From: Welwitschia mirabilis
Taxonomy: Eukaryota
DNA: 32,194 nt
Assembly: GCA_051453625.1 (NCBI GenBank)
Contig: JBOZIK010000001.1
Coordinates: forward strand, 24,100,731 to 24,132,924
Reading direction: 5' to 3'
Below, one piece after another: positions 1 to 12,104 of the stretch. Position 1 is the first letter of the stretch, and every line of letters begins with the position of its first letter. Under the pieces are notes generated by a model. That model was given only the letters and a program-made list of their open reading frames with translations. It was not told where the DNA came from and ran no database searches. The position numbers were made by a program, and so were the translations under genes.

Positions 1-494
1 ATCATATTCTAAAAAGAAAACTTTGTCTCTCTCTATCTCTGCTCCTAACTTGTATCACCTCTTAGAAAGTCCATTGTACCACAAGCTAATACACTGTGCA
101 TAAAAGGCATACAATTCATCAGAACCTTCAATTTGATTGAATCCTAGTGAATGCTCCATAGTTGAGCAATCTGACCCTTAAGGAGGGTATTGTAAAGGAA
201 CCTTTGGTGAAGGGTGTTGTAAGCTGCCCTAAAGAAGGATGTTCTAAGGGAACCAAGAGGTTGAGAGCACATTGCTGCCCCCTGTGAGCGGAATAAGCAA
301 GCATTAACAAACCACTATAAATTGGTGGTGCTCTCTTTCTGTTTGCTTGAGTTCATTTTATTGTGTTCTTGTTTCAATAGTTTCTAATTCATTTTTTTAA
401 GCAAAATTTACATTTTAGTTTCTTGAAATTAAGTAGTTATTTTTGGTAATTCACCTTATTCACCCCCCCTCTAGGGTGCCAATTGATCCTAAAA
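1..494 (+). mobile_element. 3' part of a Sirevirus-type LTR, abutting mid-gag sequence of element 1
   Basis: Ends in ATTCACCCCCCCTCTAGGGTGCC..GATCCTAAAA, matching the C-rich Sirevirus LTR end at 7861-7918 (..CTCTAGGGTGCCTTTCGATCCTAACA). Shares GAAGGGT(G/A)TTGTAA, GAACCA..AGGTTGA and AACCACT.TAAAT blocks with that LTR but is clearly diverged from it. No PBS follows. Confidence 0.8.
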
Positions 495-3400
495 AGAAGT
501 CCTTCAAAGGAAAAAATGATAAAGGTAAAAACTCTTCCAATTCTATACAATGCTATGAATGCAAAGATCTTGCACATGTTACTGTAGATTGTGCCAATAA
601 TAAAAAGGAGAAGAAGTCCAAGGCTGAAGGGAAGAAGGTAATTCAAGCCTCGTGGGATGAATTAGATAATGAAAGAGCCAGTTTGAGTGATGAAGGAGAT
701 GGCATGCGCTTCGGACTACTTACAGAGGTAAGTTCCCCTAGTTCCTCTAATTTAATTAATGATGAAAGTGCTCTTAATTCTAGGAAATCAGAAAATGCTT
801 TTGAAGTTTGCAATAATCTAGATTTTGACCACGATGAATTATTTGAAGCCTACAAAAAATTGTATGCACTTAGCTTAGAATTAGGAAAGAAAAATGTTCT
901 GTACAAAAAAACAGAAGATAAGACTTGAATGTAAATTAAAAAGGGCAAATCTAAAAATCAAATCCTTGTCTAAAGAATTAGAAGATGCTAGACTCATTGC
1001 TAATCGTTTAACCCAAGGAAAGGATAATCTAAATACGTTATTATGTATGGGAGGATCCTCATACGATAGATCTGGTCTAGGATGCTCTTTCAGTAAAACT
1101 CCCACTTTTCAACCATCCGGACATAGAATTTAATACCAATCCTTTGAAAAATACAGTCTAAGATGCTTCTACTGCCATAGTCATGGGCATATCCAATTCA
1201 ACTACCCTAACAAGAAATTAGCTTACTTTGGATACCCCAATGGCAATCTCAAGTTCCTTNNNNNNNNNNNNNNNNNNNNNNNNNNNNNNNNNNNNNNNNN
1301 NNNNNNNNNNNNNNNNNNNNNNNNNNNNNNNNNNNNNNNNNNNNNNNNNNNNNNNNNNNATTAATGATGAAAGTGCTCTTAATTCTAGGAAATCAGAAAA
1401 TGCTTTTGAAGTTTGTGATAATCTAGATTTTGACCATGATGAATTATTGGAAGCTTATGAAAAATTATTTGCGCTTAGCCTAGAATTAGGGAAAAATGTT
1501 TTGTACAAAACAACAGTAGAAAGTCTTAAATACGAATTAAAAAGGGCAAATATGAAAATCGAATCATTGTTTAAAGAATTAGAAGATGCTAGATTCATTG
1601 CAAATTATTTAACCCAAGGAAAGGGTAATCTAAATAAGTTATTAGGTAAGGGAGGATCCTCCTATGATAAATGTGGTATGGAATGCTCTTTTAGTAAAAC
1701 TCCCACTTTTCAGCCATTTAGTCATAGTATTCAATACCAATCCTTTGAAAAATCCAGTCTAAGATGCTTCTATTGCAATAGTCATGGGCATATCCAATTC
1801 AATTGCCTTATAAGAAATTAGCTTACTTTGGATACCCTAATGACAATCTCGAGTTCCTTAGAAAAACTCCATTAAACCAAAATCCTTCAACAAAGCAAGT
1901 CTCCAAGAAATGGTTGAGAAAAAGTCATATTTCATCTTTATTTGCTCATGCTGCGTTCAAGGCTCAAGAGAAAACAAAATGGTATCTAGATAGTGGATGT
2001 TCTAGACACATGACAGGAAACAACAGTCTATTAGTTTCCTTCCAAGACTATGACGGTGGTGAAGTCACATTTGGAGGCAACAATAAAGGACATATAGTTG
2101 GAAAAGAATCCATTGCTACAACCAACTTTCATCCAATGATAAATGATGTCTATCTAGTAGAAGGACTAAAACACAACTTGTTCAGTATATCACAAATCTA
2201 TGATAGAGGTAACGTTGTCTCGTTCTACAAAGATAACGCGTCATTCAAAACAGTATCACCAACTAAGAAATTCTCACTAGTCATAGATATAAATGCATGT
2301 ATGTTCTTGGAAGCAACGAGAAATCAACAAAAGGCTGTTATTTGGCTCAGGCAAGTGAAATCAGCCTTTGGCATTATAGACTTGGTCATATGAACTTGAA
2401 AGATCTAAAGATTATTTCTTCAAAACAGATAGTAAGGGCATTCCGAAACTAAAGATGATCAAGCCAAAGTCTGTGAATCATGCTTAAAAGGAAACTTGGT
2501 AAAATCAAGTTTTCCTAAGAAGAAAGATATATGTACTTTTCAACCTCTAGAACTAATTCACATGGACTTGGTAGGTCTAGTACAACGAGAAGTATTGGAG
2601 GGAGAAAATATTTATTGGTAATAGTAGATGACTTTACCAGATGTTGTTGGGTGGGATTTCTAGCTCCCAAAGATGAAGCATTTGAAATGTTTGTAAAGAT
2701 TGGAAAGAGAGTCCAAATGGAATTAGATAGATCTATTAGAACTATCAAGTCCGATAGAGGAAGTGAATTTGACAATGCAAAATTTGATGAGTTTTGTAGT
2801 TTTAATGGAATATCACATCAATACTCAGCCTTCGAACACCTCAACAAAATGGTGTAGTAGAAAGAAAGAATCATGTTTAATTGAAATGGCTAGAACTAGG
2901 ATCAATGAATACTCTTTTCCTTATAACCTATGGGTAGAAGCAGTAAACACAGCCTGTTATGTCTCAAACAGGGTATTTCTCAGGACAGGTACCTCTAAGA
3001 TAGCCTATGAACTCCTATATGAAAGGAAGCTCAATGTGAGCTATTTCAAGGTGTTTGGAAGTAAATGTGTAATTCTAAAAGACAAATATCCTACAAGTAA
3101 GTTTGAATCAAAATCAGACAATGGTATATTCTTAGGATACTCGTTAATAAGTAAGGCTTATAGAGTGTTAAACAGTCTTTGGTAAAGTGGAAGAATCTGC
3201 TCATGTTGAAATTGATGACATGTGTAATTCATCCTTATTAGACAATTTTGACCTTGTAGAAGTATTACTAAAATCCTTATCTCATAAAGATCAACTCTCA
3301 ACCTCAAACTTAAGTCAAGAACAAGATGAGACCATTCATTGTTGCACTCTTCCTTAAAGAATTAAGAAAGATCAGCCACAAGAAGTTATTGTAAGTAACC

Positions 3401-5005
3401 TAGATCAAGGGACAACTACCAGAGGTGGAAAGAGTATTAGCCATACTTTTCTTTGTTTCTCATCTTATCTTGAACCTAAGAACTTCCAAGAGGCGGAAAA
3501 AGATGATAGTTGGATGATAGCCATGCAACAACAATTAAACCAATTCGAAAGAAATAAAGTATGGGATTTAGTTCTTCCACTTAAAGATCAACATATGATT
3601 GGAACTAAGTGGGTGTTCAAAAGCAAAAAGGATGAAAATCACAACATCCTCGAAAATAAAGCTCGCTTGGTGGCTCAAGGGCATAGTGAACGGGAAGTGA
3701 TAGATTATGCAGAAATCTTTGCTCCTTTTACTCGTCTAGAAGCCATTCAGATGCTTCTTGCCTTTACATGCTAACACAAGATCAAACATTTTCAAATGGA
3801 TGTTAAAAATGCCTTTTTGAATGGCTATATCAACGAAGATGTCTATTTAATTCAACCTCCTGATTTTATAGATCCGAAATTTCCAGATCATGTGTTCAAA
3901 TTGAATAAAGCCTTCTATGGATTAAAACAAGCTCCTATAGCTTGGTTTGAAAGATTAAATTCCTTCCTAGTTAAAAATGGCTTTAAGAAAGGACATGCTG
4001 ACCCTACCTTATTTAGTAAACATGAAGAAAGTGAAATGCTTCTGGCACAAATCTATGTAGATGATATAGTCTTTGATTCTACAAGAACTACTCTAGCCAC
4101 AACATTCGCCGAAACAATGTGAAAGGAATTTGAAATGAGTATGGTAGGCAAACTTAACTTCTTCCTAGGACTTCAAATTAAACAAACAGACAATGGAATT
4201 TTCATTAGTCAAACTAAGTATGTTAAAGATATCTTAAAGAAGTATAACATGATGAATTCCAAAATTGCAACCACTCCCCTTTCCACAAATATGAAAGTAA
4301 GCAAGGATGATTCAGGGAAGAAAATAGATCAAACCCTTTTTAGAGGAATAATTGGAAGCCTATTATATGTGACAGCTAGTAGACCAGATATAGCTCACAA
4401 TGTAGGAATATATGCAAGATATCAGTCAGATCCAAGAGAATTGCATCTGACTTGTGTTAAAAGAAACTTGTGTTATTTAAAAAACACTCAATACTTTGGG
4501 CTTTGGCATCCTTATGATACCTCTATCAACTTAATGGGGTATAGTGATGCTGATTAGGCTAGATGTGTTGATGACAGGAAGAGCACAAGTGCGGCTTGTC
4601 TCTACACGGGAAATTGTCTCGTCTCATGGTTGACCAAAAAATAGAACTCCACTTCCTTATCAACAGCTGAGGCTAAACATATTGCTGCAAGAGCATGTTG
4701 TGCCCAACTCTTATGGATGAAACAAATGCTATCGAATTTTGGTATAAAGCCCAAATTAATGAAACTATTCTGTGATAATACCAGTGCAATCAACATCACC
4801 AAAAATCCAGTTCAACGCTCAAGAATAAAACACATTGATATTAGACATCATTTTATCAAGGAGCAAGTTTAGAATAAAATAATCAAACCAAAACATGTCA
4901 ACTCATGATCAAATATCTAATGTAATGACTAAAAGCTTAACTGAAGAAAGATTTACTTATCTTAGAAGGAATCTAGGTATAGGGCCTTATCCATTTTCTC
5001 AATAA
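495..5005 (+). pseudogene. Degenerate gag-pol of element 1 (many stops and frameshifts)
   Basis: Zinc knuckles CYECKDLAHVTVDC and CFYCNSHGHIQFNC; protease WYLDSGCSRHMTG; integrase [53 protein letters not shown]; RNase H GYSDAD and KHIDIRHHFIK; terminal TAA at 5003-5005. Confidence 0.93.
755..1859 (+). repeat. Diverged ~500-bp duplicate of the gag C-terminal region (755-1259 vs 1360-1859) around a 100-N gap
   Basis: Both copies start ATTAATGATGAAAGTGCTC and end ..AATCTC(A/G)AGTTCCTT, with many internal substitutions and small indels. Confidence 0.9.
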
Positions 5006-5129
5006 GTTAGTAATAATCTTCTAGATGCGCTTTCCTGAAAAAATCTAACCATTAATGTGGTTATCATTGTTGATTGTGTATTCTTTTCCTTTTTCGGGTG
5101 TTTTCTTAAGTCTGATCCCTTTTGCACCT

Positions 5130-5279
5130 AGACGTCCCAATTTAGCATCAGAACGTCCCGAGTCTGGTAATAACCCGAACGTCTTGTGCTTTTTCCTGGG
5201 TGTCCGCCTTTCTACAACTTCATAAAAACCAAAGGGTTATAACCCAGACGTCCGCCCTCAAAAGCCTAAGGGGACGCCC
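5130..5279. promoter_or_regulatory. Cluster of GGACGTCC-type palindromes in the pol/extra-ORF spacer of element 1
   Basis: agacgtcc 5130, gaacgtcc 5151, gaacgtct 5177, gggtgtcc 5198, agacgtcc 5246, ggacgccc 5272; same motif as the LTR array. The regulatory role is inferred. Confidence 0.65.
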
Positions 5280-5385
5280 ACTTTCTTCTCAACCTTTTCA
5301 AAGAACCTCCTTCATTCTCTTCCTCATTTCACTGCTTCTCCGCTTATCTCTATTCCTTCTCTGAGTTCTAAGCCTTGGATTGATC

Positions 5386-6459
5386 ATGGTTAGGAGCAAA
5401 ATTGGAGTTTCAAGAAAGGGAAAAGAATCAAAATCAGAAACAAAATGGTTCTTATTCCCTAAACACAAGAAAGCTTGGTTCAATGGCTTCAACAAGAGAC
5501 CACTGGCTCTTGAATGACAAATAGATTTTGGTTCTTTCAGAAGAAAAGTCAGGATTATCGATAAGTTTAAAGAACAAGGCTGGTTGTATGGTCTGGACTC
5601 AAACACTCGAGCTTCTCCTCGAATGGTATGTCTATTTTATTGCAATGCCCATTTCTATTTAATAAACTAGGTCATTACTACTAAAGTTTATGGAAGAAGA
5701 GTTGATGTAGACCAAGAATCAATTTCTCTTATCAAGAGTTTTCCAAATGAAGGTCTATTTTGAGAAATAACTTCAGTCAGTTCTTTAAAAGAAGCAGTGG
5801 CATTAGAAGTTTTGACAAATGAGCTTTATGGGACTAATTTTCAATGGAAATCCAACATTCCCACAAATAAGTTAACATCTTTTTATAAAGTTTTATTTCA
5901 AATTTCTACTCATAACTTCATGCCCAAGCTCGGCCATAAAGATGAAGTTTCTCCAGTCTGTGCTTATATTTTGTTCTGTCTTGGCACAGGTGTCCATATA
6001 AATTTGTGCAAATTTATCATGTTCTATATGAGTTAGTTCATCCCTGCTGGTTACAATAGCCTCCCATTCAGTGGTCTTATGATGGCCATTTTGGAAAATC
6101 ATGATCTTGCTATTCAGAAAGACGAAGAGCTCGTAAAGGTACCAAAACCTCTGAGCCTTTACTCTTTAAAGAAAATGAATATATTTTCTGAGATTATTGG
6201 TCCTTCTCCACTACCCAAGAAGAAACAACGAACAGAGGAAGGCACCAGCAAAAGGCATATTAGCCATGAAGGCTTAATGAAGGAGATTTTGGCAGTGAAA
6301 GAAATAGCGCTTCAAGCCTAGAAGACAACAGACAAACTGTGTAGGAGAGTTGATCGCATTGTTTTTAGTTTGTCTGCATATGGCTTAGTGATCCCTCCAG
6401 GCTCAGAGGAAGAAGAGAAAGAACAAGTAGCTTCTGAACATGATGACTCCTCTTCCTAG
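5386..6459 (+). pseudogene. Sirevirus 'env-like' extra ORF, 358 codons, 5 internal stops, no frameshift
   Basis: MVRSKIGVSRKGKE..MVCLFYCNA..THNFMPKLGHKDEVSP..LPFSGLMMAIL..PKKKQR..SEEEEKE. ORF-track pieces 5797-6036 and 6079-6321 are in the same frame. Collinear with the homolog at 25259-26332. Confidence 0.85.
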
Positions 6460-6630
6460 CTTTCTTCTCTTCTCCTCTTCATTGATTTTTACTTCTCCTT
6501 CTAGATATCACCATTTTATATTGTAAAATCTGACCTCTCAACATTGTGTAATTAAACTTATAATGAATACAATATTTTCCTTTTCTCATTTATCACTTAT
6601 ATGTGTTGTCTTGTTTTTCACTTTTCAGTA

Positions 6631-6944
6631 ATGACAAAGGGGAAGAAGATATTCAGATTGACTTATTATGTTGTGAAAACAGATAACTAACCTCTCTAAA
6701 TGCCTCAAATTGACATATCGTATCTACTCAGGTTATAAATTGTATCTCAAATTTTGACAAAACATTACTGCATTAAACCGTCTGCAGAGACCCCTTGTGT
6801 GTTACTAATCTTTTTACAGATCATAGATCAATCTAGGAGCACAACTTCAGGGGTAGTAATTCACCTTTTCTGTTAACAGCTCCTAAACAAAGTTGTCATC
6901 ATTGAAAAGGGAGAGATTGTGGAAGAATCCAAGTTTCAATGATG
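6631..6944 (+). other. Multiple polypurine tracts and the internal-domain/LTR junction inverted repeat of element 1
   Basis: ATGACAAAGGGGAAGA at 6631; terminal PPT AAAAGGGAGAGAT at 6905-6917; perfect 11-bp inverted repeat CATCATTGAAA (6897-6907) / TTTCAATGATG (6934-6944). These are known Sirevirus signatures. Confidence 0.85.
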
Positions 6945-7918
6945 TCTAAATCTGCGCAATGGTTTCAACGCTAAACCAAAATTACGAAAATCTGAAGTTG
7001 TGCCAGTCGGGACGTCTGCCCGATTTTATGGGACATCTGACCATGTACAAGAAATTCATATGAGGGCATCCGAGCTCTGTTTCCGAGACATCTGGACCTG
7101 TATGTGGGAAGCTTGTATGAGGACGTCCGCGTTTCTGATCAGGACGTCCGACCCTATATTCGGTTGACACTATGGGGACATCCGGACCTAGGAATGGGAC
7201 GTCTAGGATGGCTCTCGTTTTTGACAAAATTTCTGGCATTACAACCAAGACGTCCGGACTTAAAGAATGGGACATCAGGCNNNNNNNNNNACATCTTTTG
7301 ACATCTACACGACTGGGGTTGTGAGCCAAACAGCTAGGGCTTCAAATCTGAGGGTCCAACGACTATTTTGTGACCTTTTATCTATAAAAGACCGAATCTT
7401 CATTGTTGTACATACCTCTCTCCATATATTGTGTGTACTAAACTCTGATGTAACTGTACAATTTGAGCTTCATCAAGATATCTAATGTGTTTGGAGATCC
7501 TGCTCTCATTTACTGATGTATTGTGCTAAAGGCACTCATACCCTCAGATCTTCTTCTATTGAAAGCATCTAGTTGCTCATTGGAGTGAGCGTGTATATCC
7601 CTTCTGAAGGGACTGAATTGTAACCCTTGATGAAGGGTATTGTAATATGCCCACTGTGTTGGTTGTTTTAAGAGAACCAGAAGGTTGAAATCACGTTGCT
7701 ACCCCGAATTGGCAAAAATAGCCGAACCACTGTAAATCTGGTGCACGGTTTCCTTCGCTGTTTTTGCTTTTCATTTCTTGGTGTTGAAACTTTTTAGTAG
7801 TTCTGTACTTAACTAAGATTGATAAAGTTTTTGAAGCAAGTAATTTTTTTTAATCACCCTTTTCACTCTCCTTACCCCCCCCCAACCTCCCGCTCTAGGG
7901 TGCCTTTCGATCCTAACA
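6918..7918 (+). repeat. 3' LTR of element 1 (~1.0 kb)
   Basis: Starts TG directly after the PPT and ends TCCTAACA. Palindrome array at 7010-7277, TATA-like CTATAAAAG at ~7382, C-rich end. The flank CCATC (7919-7923) is the candidate target-site duplication. Confidence 0.88.
7010..7277. repeat. LTR array of paired GGACGTCC palindromes (~55-bp unit)
   Basis: Motif starts at 7010, 7031, 7064, 7086, 7121, 7142, 7176, 7197, 7248, 7270. Confidence 0.85.
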
Positions 7919-9002
7919 CCATCAACATGGGAATGCAAATGCATGCATCTGTCCACCTAGCCTACATCCTCCTATGAACATTATGTGATTTAAATATAGC
8001 ATCCAAAGATGATCAGCTAGTAGGCAAATTGTTAAATATGAAAGATAGTAATATTCTTAGCATTTTAACATGAAATCGAAAACACTAGATAATTGATATG
8101 TTGGACACAATTCCTTATATGGAATACTTTGGTGTGGGTAATTTTAGGCTCAGGGACATCTCAACCACTGAATTGGATTCTCTCAGCAATAAATAAGAGG
8201 AACATTTATCCAATGGGCCATGTGTCACAACAGGCAATTTATACCACCCAAAATAGGAAAATTCCAGAAGCAATAGTCAGTAAAAGTAAAATATTGTTGA
8301 TTCTCTTTGTAACACTTTCAAGTTGGCCAAACATCTAAGTAATCCAATAAAAAATGAGTTACTTCATTTAAGCGAAAACATAACAACACTGAACTAGGTT
8401 GCAATGAAAAACAAACAAACAGAATAATATTTTTTTAGCCACGAAATAATGTAGCTGAATAAGTGTGCAGTATCAACATGGAAATCAGGAAATAAAAATT
8501 TCAACAAGCCATATTTATGTTCTAGAAAATTTATTATCCACAGTAGAAGGCATAATATTCAGATCCATGTCTAACTTATCAGAGTAAATTCTAGTACAAA
8601 CTAAAGTAATGATTTCCACACCAGACTCAATGGAGTTATCCCTAATACAGACAATGATCTCATACAATATGGACATGTTCCGAGGGTAACAATGAGGACA
8701 ATCTTATTTATAAAAGACTAATGGCAATTATCTTAAATTTTTTTATGTTGGCATTATAGCTTCGCATGAGTTGTGCCAGAACAGTGGTGGTGTCATACAA
8801 GAATATCAAGATGGAAGAGTAGATAAGAAAATTCAAACGAAGACATCCCTTGGTGAAAATAAAACCGTGTAGCAAGTACAAATGTTCAAGGTATGCACAC
8901 CAAAAAAACAAAAATTGCATAAAACCATAATTGACTTCCATTCGCCTGATGTCTCACATGCTAAGCATGTAATGAATCTAAATCAAGTAGTCTAAATAAT
9001 AC

Positions 9003-9096
9003 CATTATCAGTTAACTGGAGCTTGTCCTGCAATTCATCACTCATGCTGTTGGCATCATTTGGTGAAGGCCACACATTAAGTTGAACCCTTGACTC
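9003..9096 (-). pseudogene. RGP1: RGP1-like coding exon 3 (94 nt)
   Basis: T-rich acceptor ..atag|GAGTCA..AATG|gtatt; ESRVQLNVWPSPNDANSMSDELQDKLQLTDNG. Confidence 0.7.
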
Positions 9097-9253
9097 CTAT
9101 AAAAAAATCATTTTCAAAAATCAACAATTCCTCAACTAATCAAAAAAGAGAAAAAGAAAAAATTGTGTTAACATTTGATAAAAATCATATGGCAAGAATA
9201 AATGAAATGTAGTTACAGAGTGTAAATCCATAAGAAAAGATAGGCCAACAAAC

Positions 9254-9405
9254 CAGTTTATTAGGTTGCAGATGTTCAACATCTTTATCATGTTTAAGCA
9301 TGGCATGCCTTCCTTGCACTGTCACCACAAAATAGTAAAAGTAGCGCACAACAGAACCCTTAAATGTTGGTGGAATCGCTTTAGGAAGAGTTGTGTATAT
9401 CACAT
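9254..9405 (-). pseudogene. RGP1: RGP1-like coding exon 2 (152 nt)
   Basis: ccag|ATGTG..CTG|gtttgt; open frame YVIYTTLPKAIPPTFKGSVVRYFYYF. Confidence 0.8.
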
Positions 9406-11210
9406 CTGGACATATAAGATGAAGAGATACAATAACAGAAAATGTTAGACAAATATGTTTAAAGAATATAACATAGTAACCGTAAAACATGGTGTGAGAC
9501 ATGCAATGGCATGATAAGTATTGTCTTGAAGCCAATATTGTGTTAGAGATCTTATGTTATGTTGTAATGTTGTAAAGGAAGATGAGCCTTTAATAGTCCA
9601 TTTGCATGTTGGAATTAAAATACAAAGTGAAACCTATTAATAAACGAGGCATTGAGATACGTTAAGTAAAGGGAAGGTAAGAGTTAGGGTTTTAAGCTTG
9701 GCTTGGATAAAAATCCTAACCCACATTAAAGGCTCTCGATCCTTGCAAATTTTATGGTGGCAACTTCATTTGCATTACAAATAACAGATCTCTTTTTTCC
9801 ATGGATTTTTCCCTTTGTCATTAGGGATTTAACCCTGTCAATCGACATGTTATGGATTTTCTTACTTTTTGTTTTCTCATTACTTCATGCTTCACTGTTC
9901 TTTTTATCATTGTTGCACATAAACTCTGATTTTACCGAAGGATTGATCCCTAGCTTCTAGCAATTACATGAACATACTACTAATGCACATACCATTGGCA
10001 TTCCATTGGGATTCTTCCCATGGTGTAGTGCAAAATATCATGCTATAGGGTTTTGGAAGGCCATGGTTCTAGTGATAAAAGACACATTTGGAGGAGAGCT
10101 TCCAGATTATCCAGTTGCAACCCATCTCTCCTCTATCACAATCCAATCTATTTTGCTAAGTTTGGGCAAGGATTCTTTCGCTTTCTTAATGGTTGTTTCA
10201 GTGGGAGGCCCATGGCAGCAAAATGATATGTGACATTGGAGGTAACCTGATAAATCCTTGGGTGCTGAAGATTAGATCAATATTCTAGTTGCTTCACATG
10301 GATTGATAAGGTAGACTTGTCTTCAACTGGAAGCTTGTAAGGGTTTGAACTTTGAAGTTAATCTTGTGTTAGAGCTCTTATGTTGTAGACTAAGACAAAC
10401 CTTTAGTAGTCCATTTATATCCTGTATAGAAAACAAAGGAAAATGTTTCTCAATATTCAAATTTAGATTTTCAGATTCTTGATTTTAAAGCTTGATTTCG
10501 TGTTTGTGTAGATAAAATTGCATTCACAGCTTAAAGACTGGTAAAGCCAAATCTATATTTTTATGCCCTTGTATTTATTCTAAAGTTGAAACTCTTTTTA
10601 TACTTTAAGCCATTTAATTGAGTCACTTTGGGTCATAATGTGTTTCATTTTGAACTGTATTTAAGGGCATGTGCCAAATAGATATTTAGAACTTTCTGAG
10701 GTTTCTAATCCTATCTATATAAACCTCTTGTTGGATTTATTGTGGTACAGATTCGAGGAGAAGAGTGATTGTTCTTCACTGTAAATATTACTTTTTGGAA
10801 ACCCTACCTTATCGCATTGGTTTTGGCTTGTAATCCCTATTCTTGATTAACTGAAGATCATTACTTGTGTTTCATTACTATAACATCACCTTTCCCCCAT
10901 CTCTTTTTTTGGATCTACGCTATTACCTCTTCATTGTTTCTCTATTGATTGGCAAAGCATTCTGATTCACTTTTGCTCCATGGCTTTTATAATAGTTCAA
11001 TGCCTAGTCTTGTATTTCAAGTGATCTCTATCTAGGCAGCACTAAGCATATCCACATATTAAACATTAGTGTGTAAACCTTACAAGCAAGGATAGACACA
11101 AAATTCTGCTTTAGCATGTAAGAGATGTTCTTGTTGCAGTTGAGAATTTAGTCTCTATTACCCAAGTGAAATCAAAGCATAGTCTTGTTTGGTTTAGATG
11201 ACATGGTTTT

Positions 11211-11211
<1 letters not shown>

Positions 11212-11252
<41 letters not shown>
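11212..11252. repeat. (AC)~20 microsatellite followed by a GA/GT-rich tail
   Basis: Directly visible. Confidence 0.97.
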
Positions 11253-11255
<3 letters not shown>

Positions 11256-11632
11256 AGTGAGTGAGAGAAGGGTTAGAAGGGAGGAGTCCCTCGAGGTTAT
11301 CCCAAGTGAACCACTGTCAGATATATATATGGAGACTAAAGATTTCTAAGGAGGATCTAGTAACAAGAAACACTTCTTTGCACTAAACCAAAAGATTTAG
11401 CTTTCCTCACTAGACAGAAGGGGCACCTATTACAAGGCACTCTCATATTACTCTAATGTGCCTTCACAAATTTCTAAAAGCTTCAAAAGAAAAAGAAGGA
11501 GCTTTCTTATCTTACGAATGCATATCCTACAATCTAGAAAACAAGTGCCCTCCATTGTGATAGAACTGCTGAAGAAGACATAAAGCCAAGAGGCATAGAT
11601 GATAGGAACCACAGAAGTGATCACTGTTGACA

Positions 11633-11692
11633 ATGGAAGCTAGCCATTGCTATCTAGATGATATGGAAGCTAGCCATTGCTATCTAGATGAT
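11633..11692. repeat. Perfect 30-bp tandem duplication
   Basis: ATGGAAGCTAGCCATTGCTATCTAGATGAT x2. Confidence 0.95.
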
Positions 11693-12104
11693 GAAGTGGA
11701 AGGCTCCTTGTGCTAACATGCAAAAATTAATATTTAGATCAAGTATTTCAGGCCACTTTAACTTAGAGATGACATTGAATTAATCATTTTATCATAAAAC
11801 ATTGTCTTTCAATAGTTTTAATGTCAATTATGAAGTTATGTAGTTTCCCATGGTAAATTCGGGTACTTAACTAAATATTTGAGCATGATGCAAAAGATGA
11901 AGGGAGTCCTATAGAAAACATTAGTGGCACTGGTGACCTTTACGGCGGAACAAATCATTTCCAAAGTCACTTGCTGAATTTACCATAGAGTTACACTTGG
12001 ATGTGTGGATCAAGTGAATAGCACTCCAGCTGTCACCATAATATCCTTTATTCTTTGGCCCAAAAGGTTGCAAAGATCTCCTCATCCAGATCGTTTCTTT
12101 ACAT

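Larger units (their letters stand above)
495..7918 (+). mobile_element. Ty1/copia Sirevirus (SIRE/Maximus) LTR retrotransposon, element 1; degenerate, 5' part not in window
   Basis: Copia domain order gag-PR-INT-RT-RH; extended gag with two CCHC knuckles; extra ORF after pol; multiple PPTs; junction inverted repeat; TG..CA 3' LTR. Confidence 0.92.

Noticed and set aside
1795..1825. Programmed gag/pol frameshift in element 1
   Set aside because: The duplicate at ~1200 and element 2 (ORF 30389-30826) read through in frame, so this is a 1-bp decay deletion.
5003..5386. SIRE1-style pol-env stop readthrough
   Set aside because: About 380 nt of non-coding spacer with stops separates pol from the ATG.
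7010..7277. CRISPR-like spaced palindromes
   Set aside because: 8-bp motif inside a plant LTR, spacers related to each other, no cas genes; these are Sirevirus repeat motifs.
7919..7975. RGP1 exon 4 candidate next to the LTR
   Set aside because: An acceptor-like AG is present, but the translation does not match the expected continuation.
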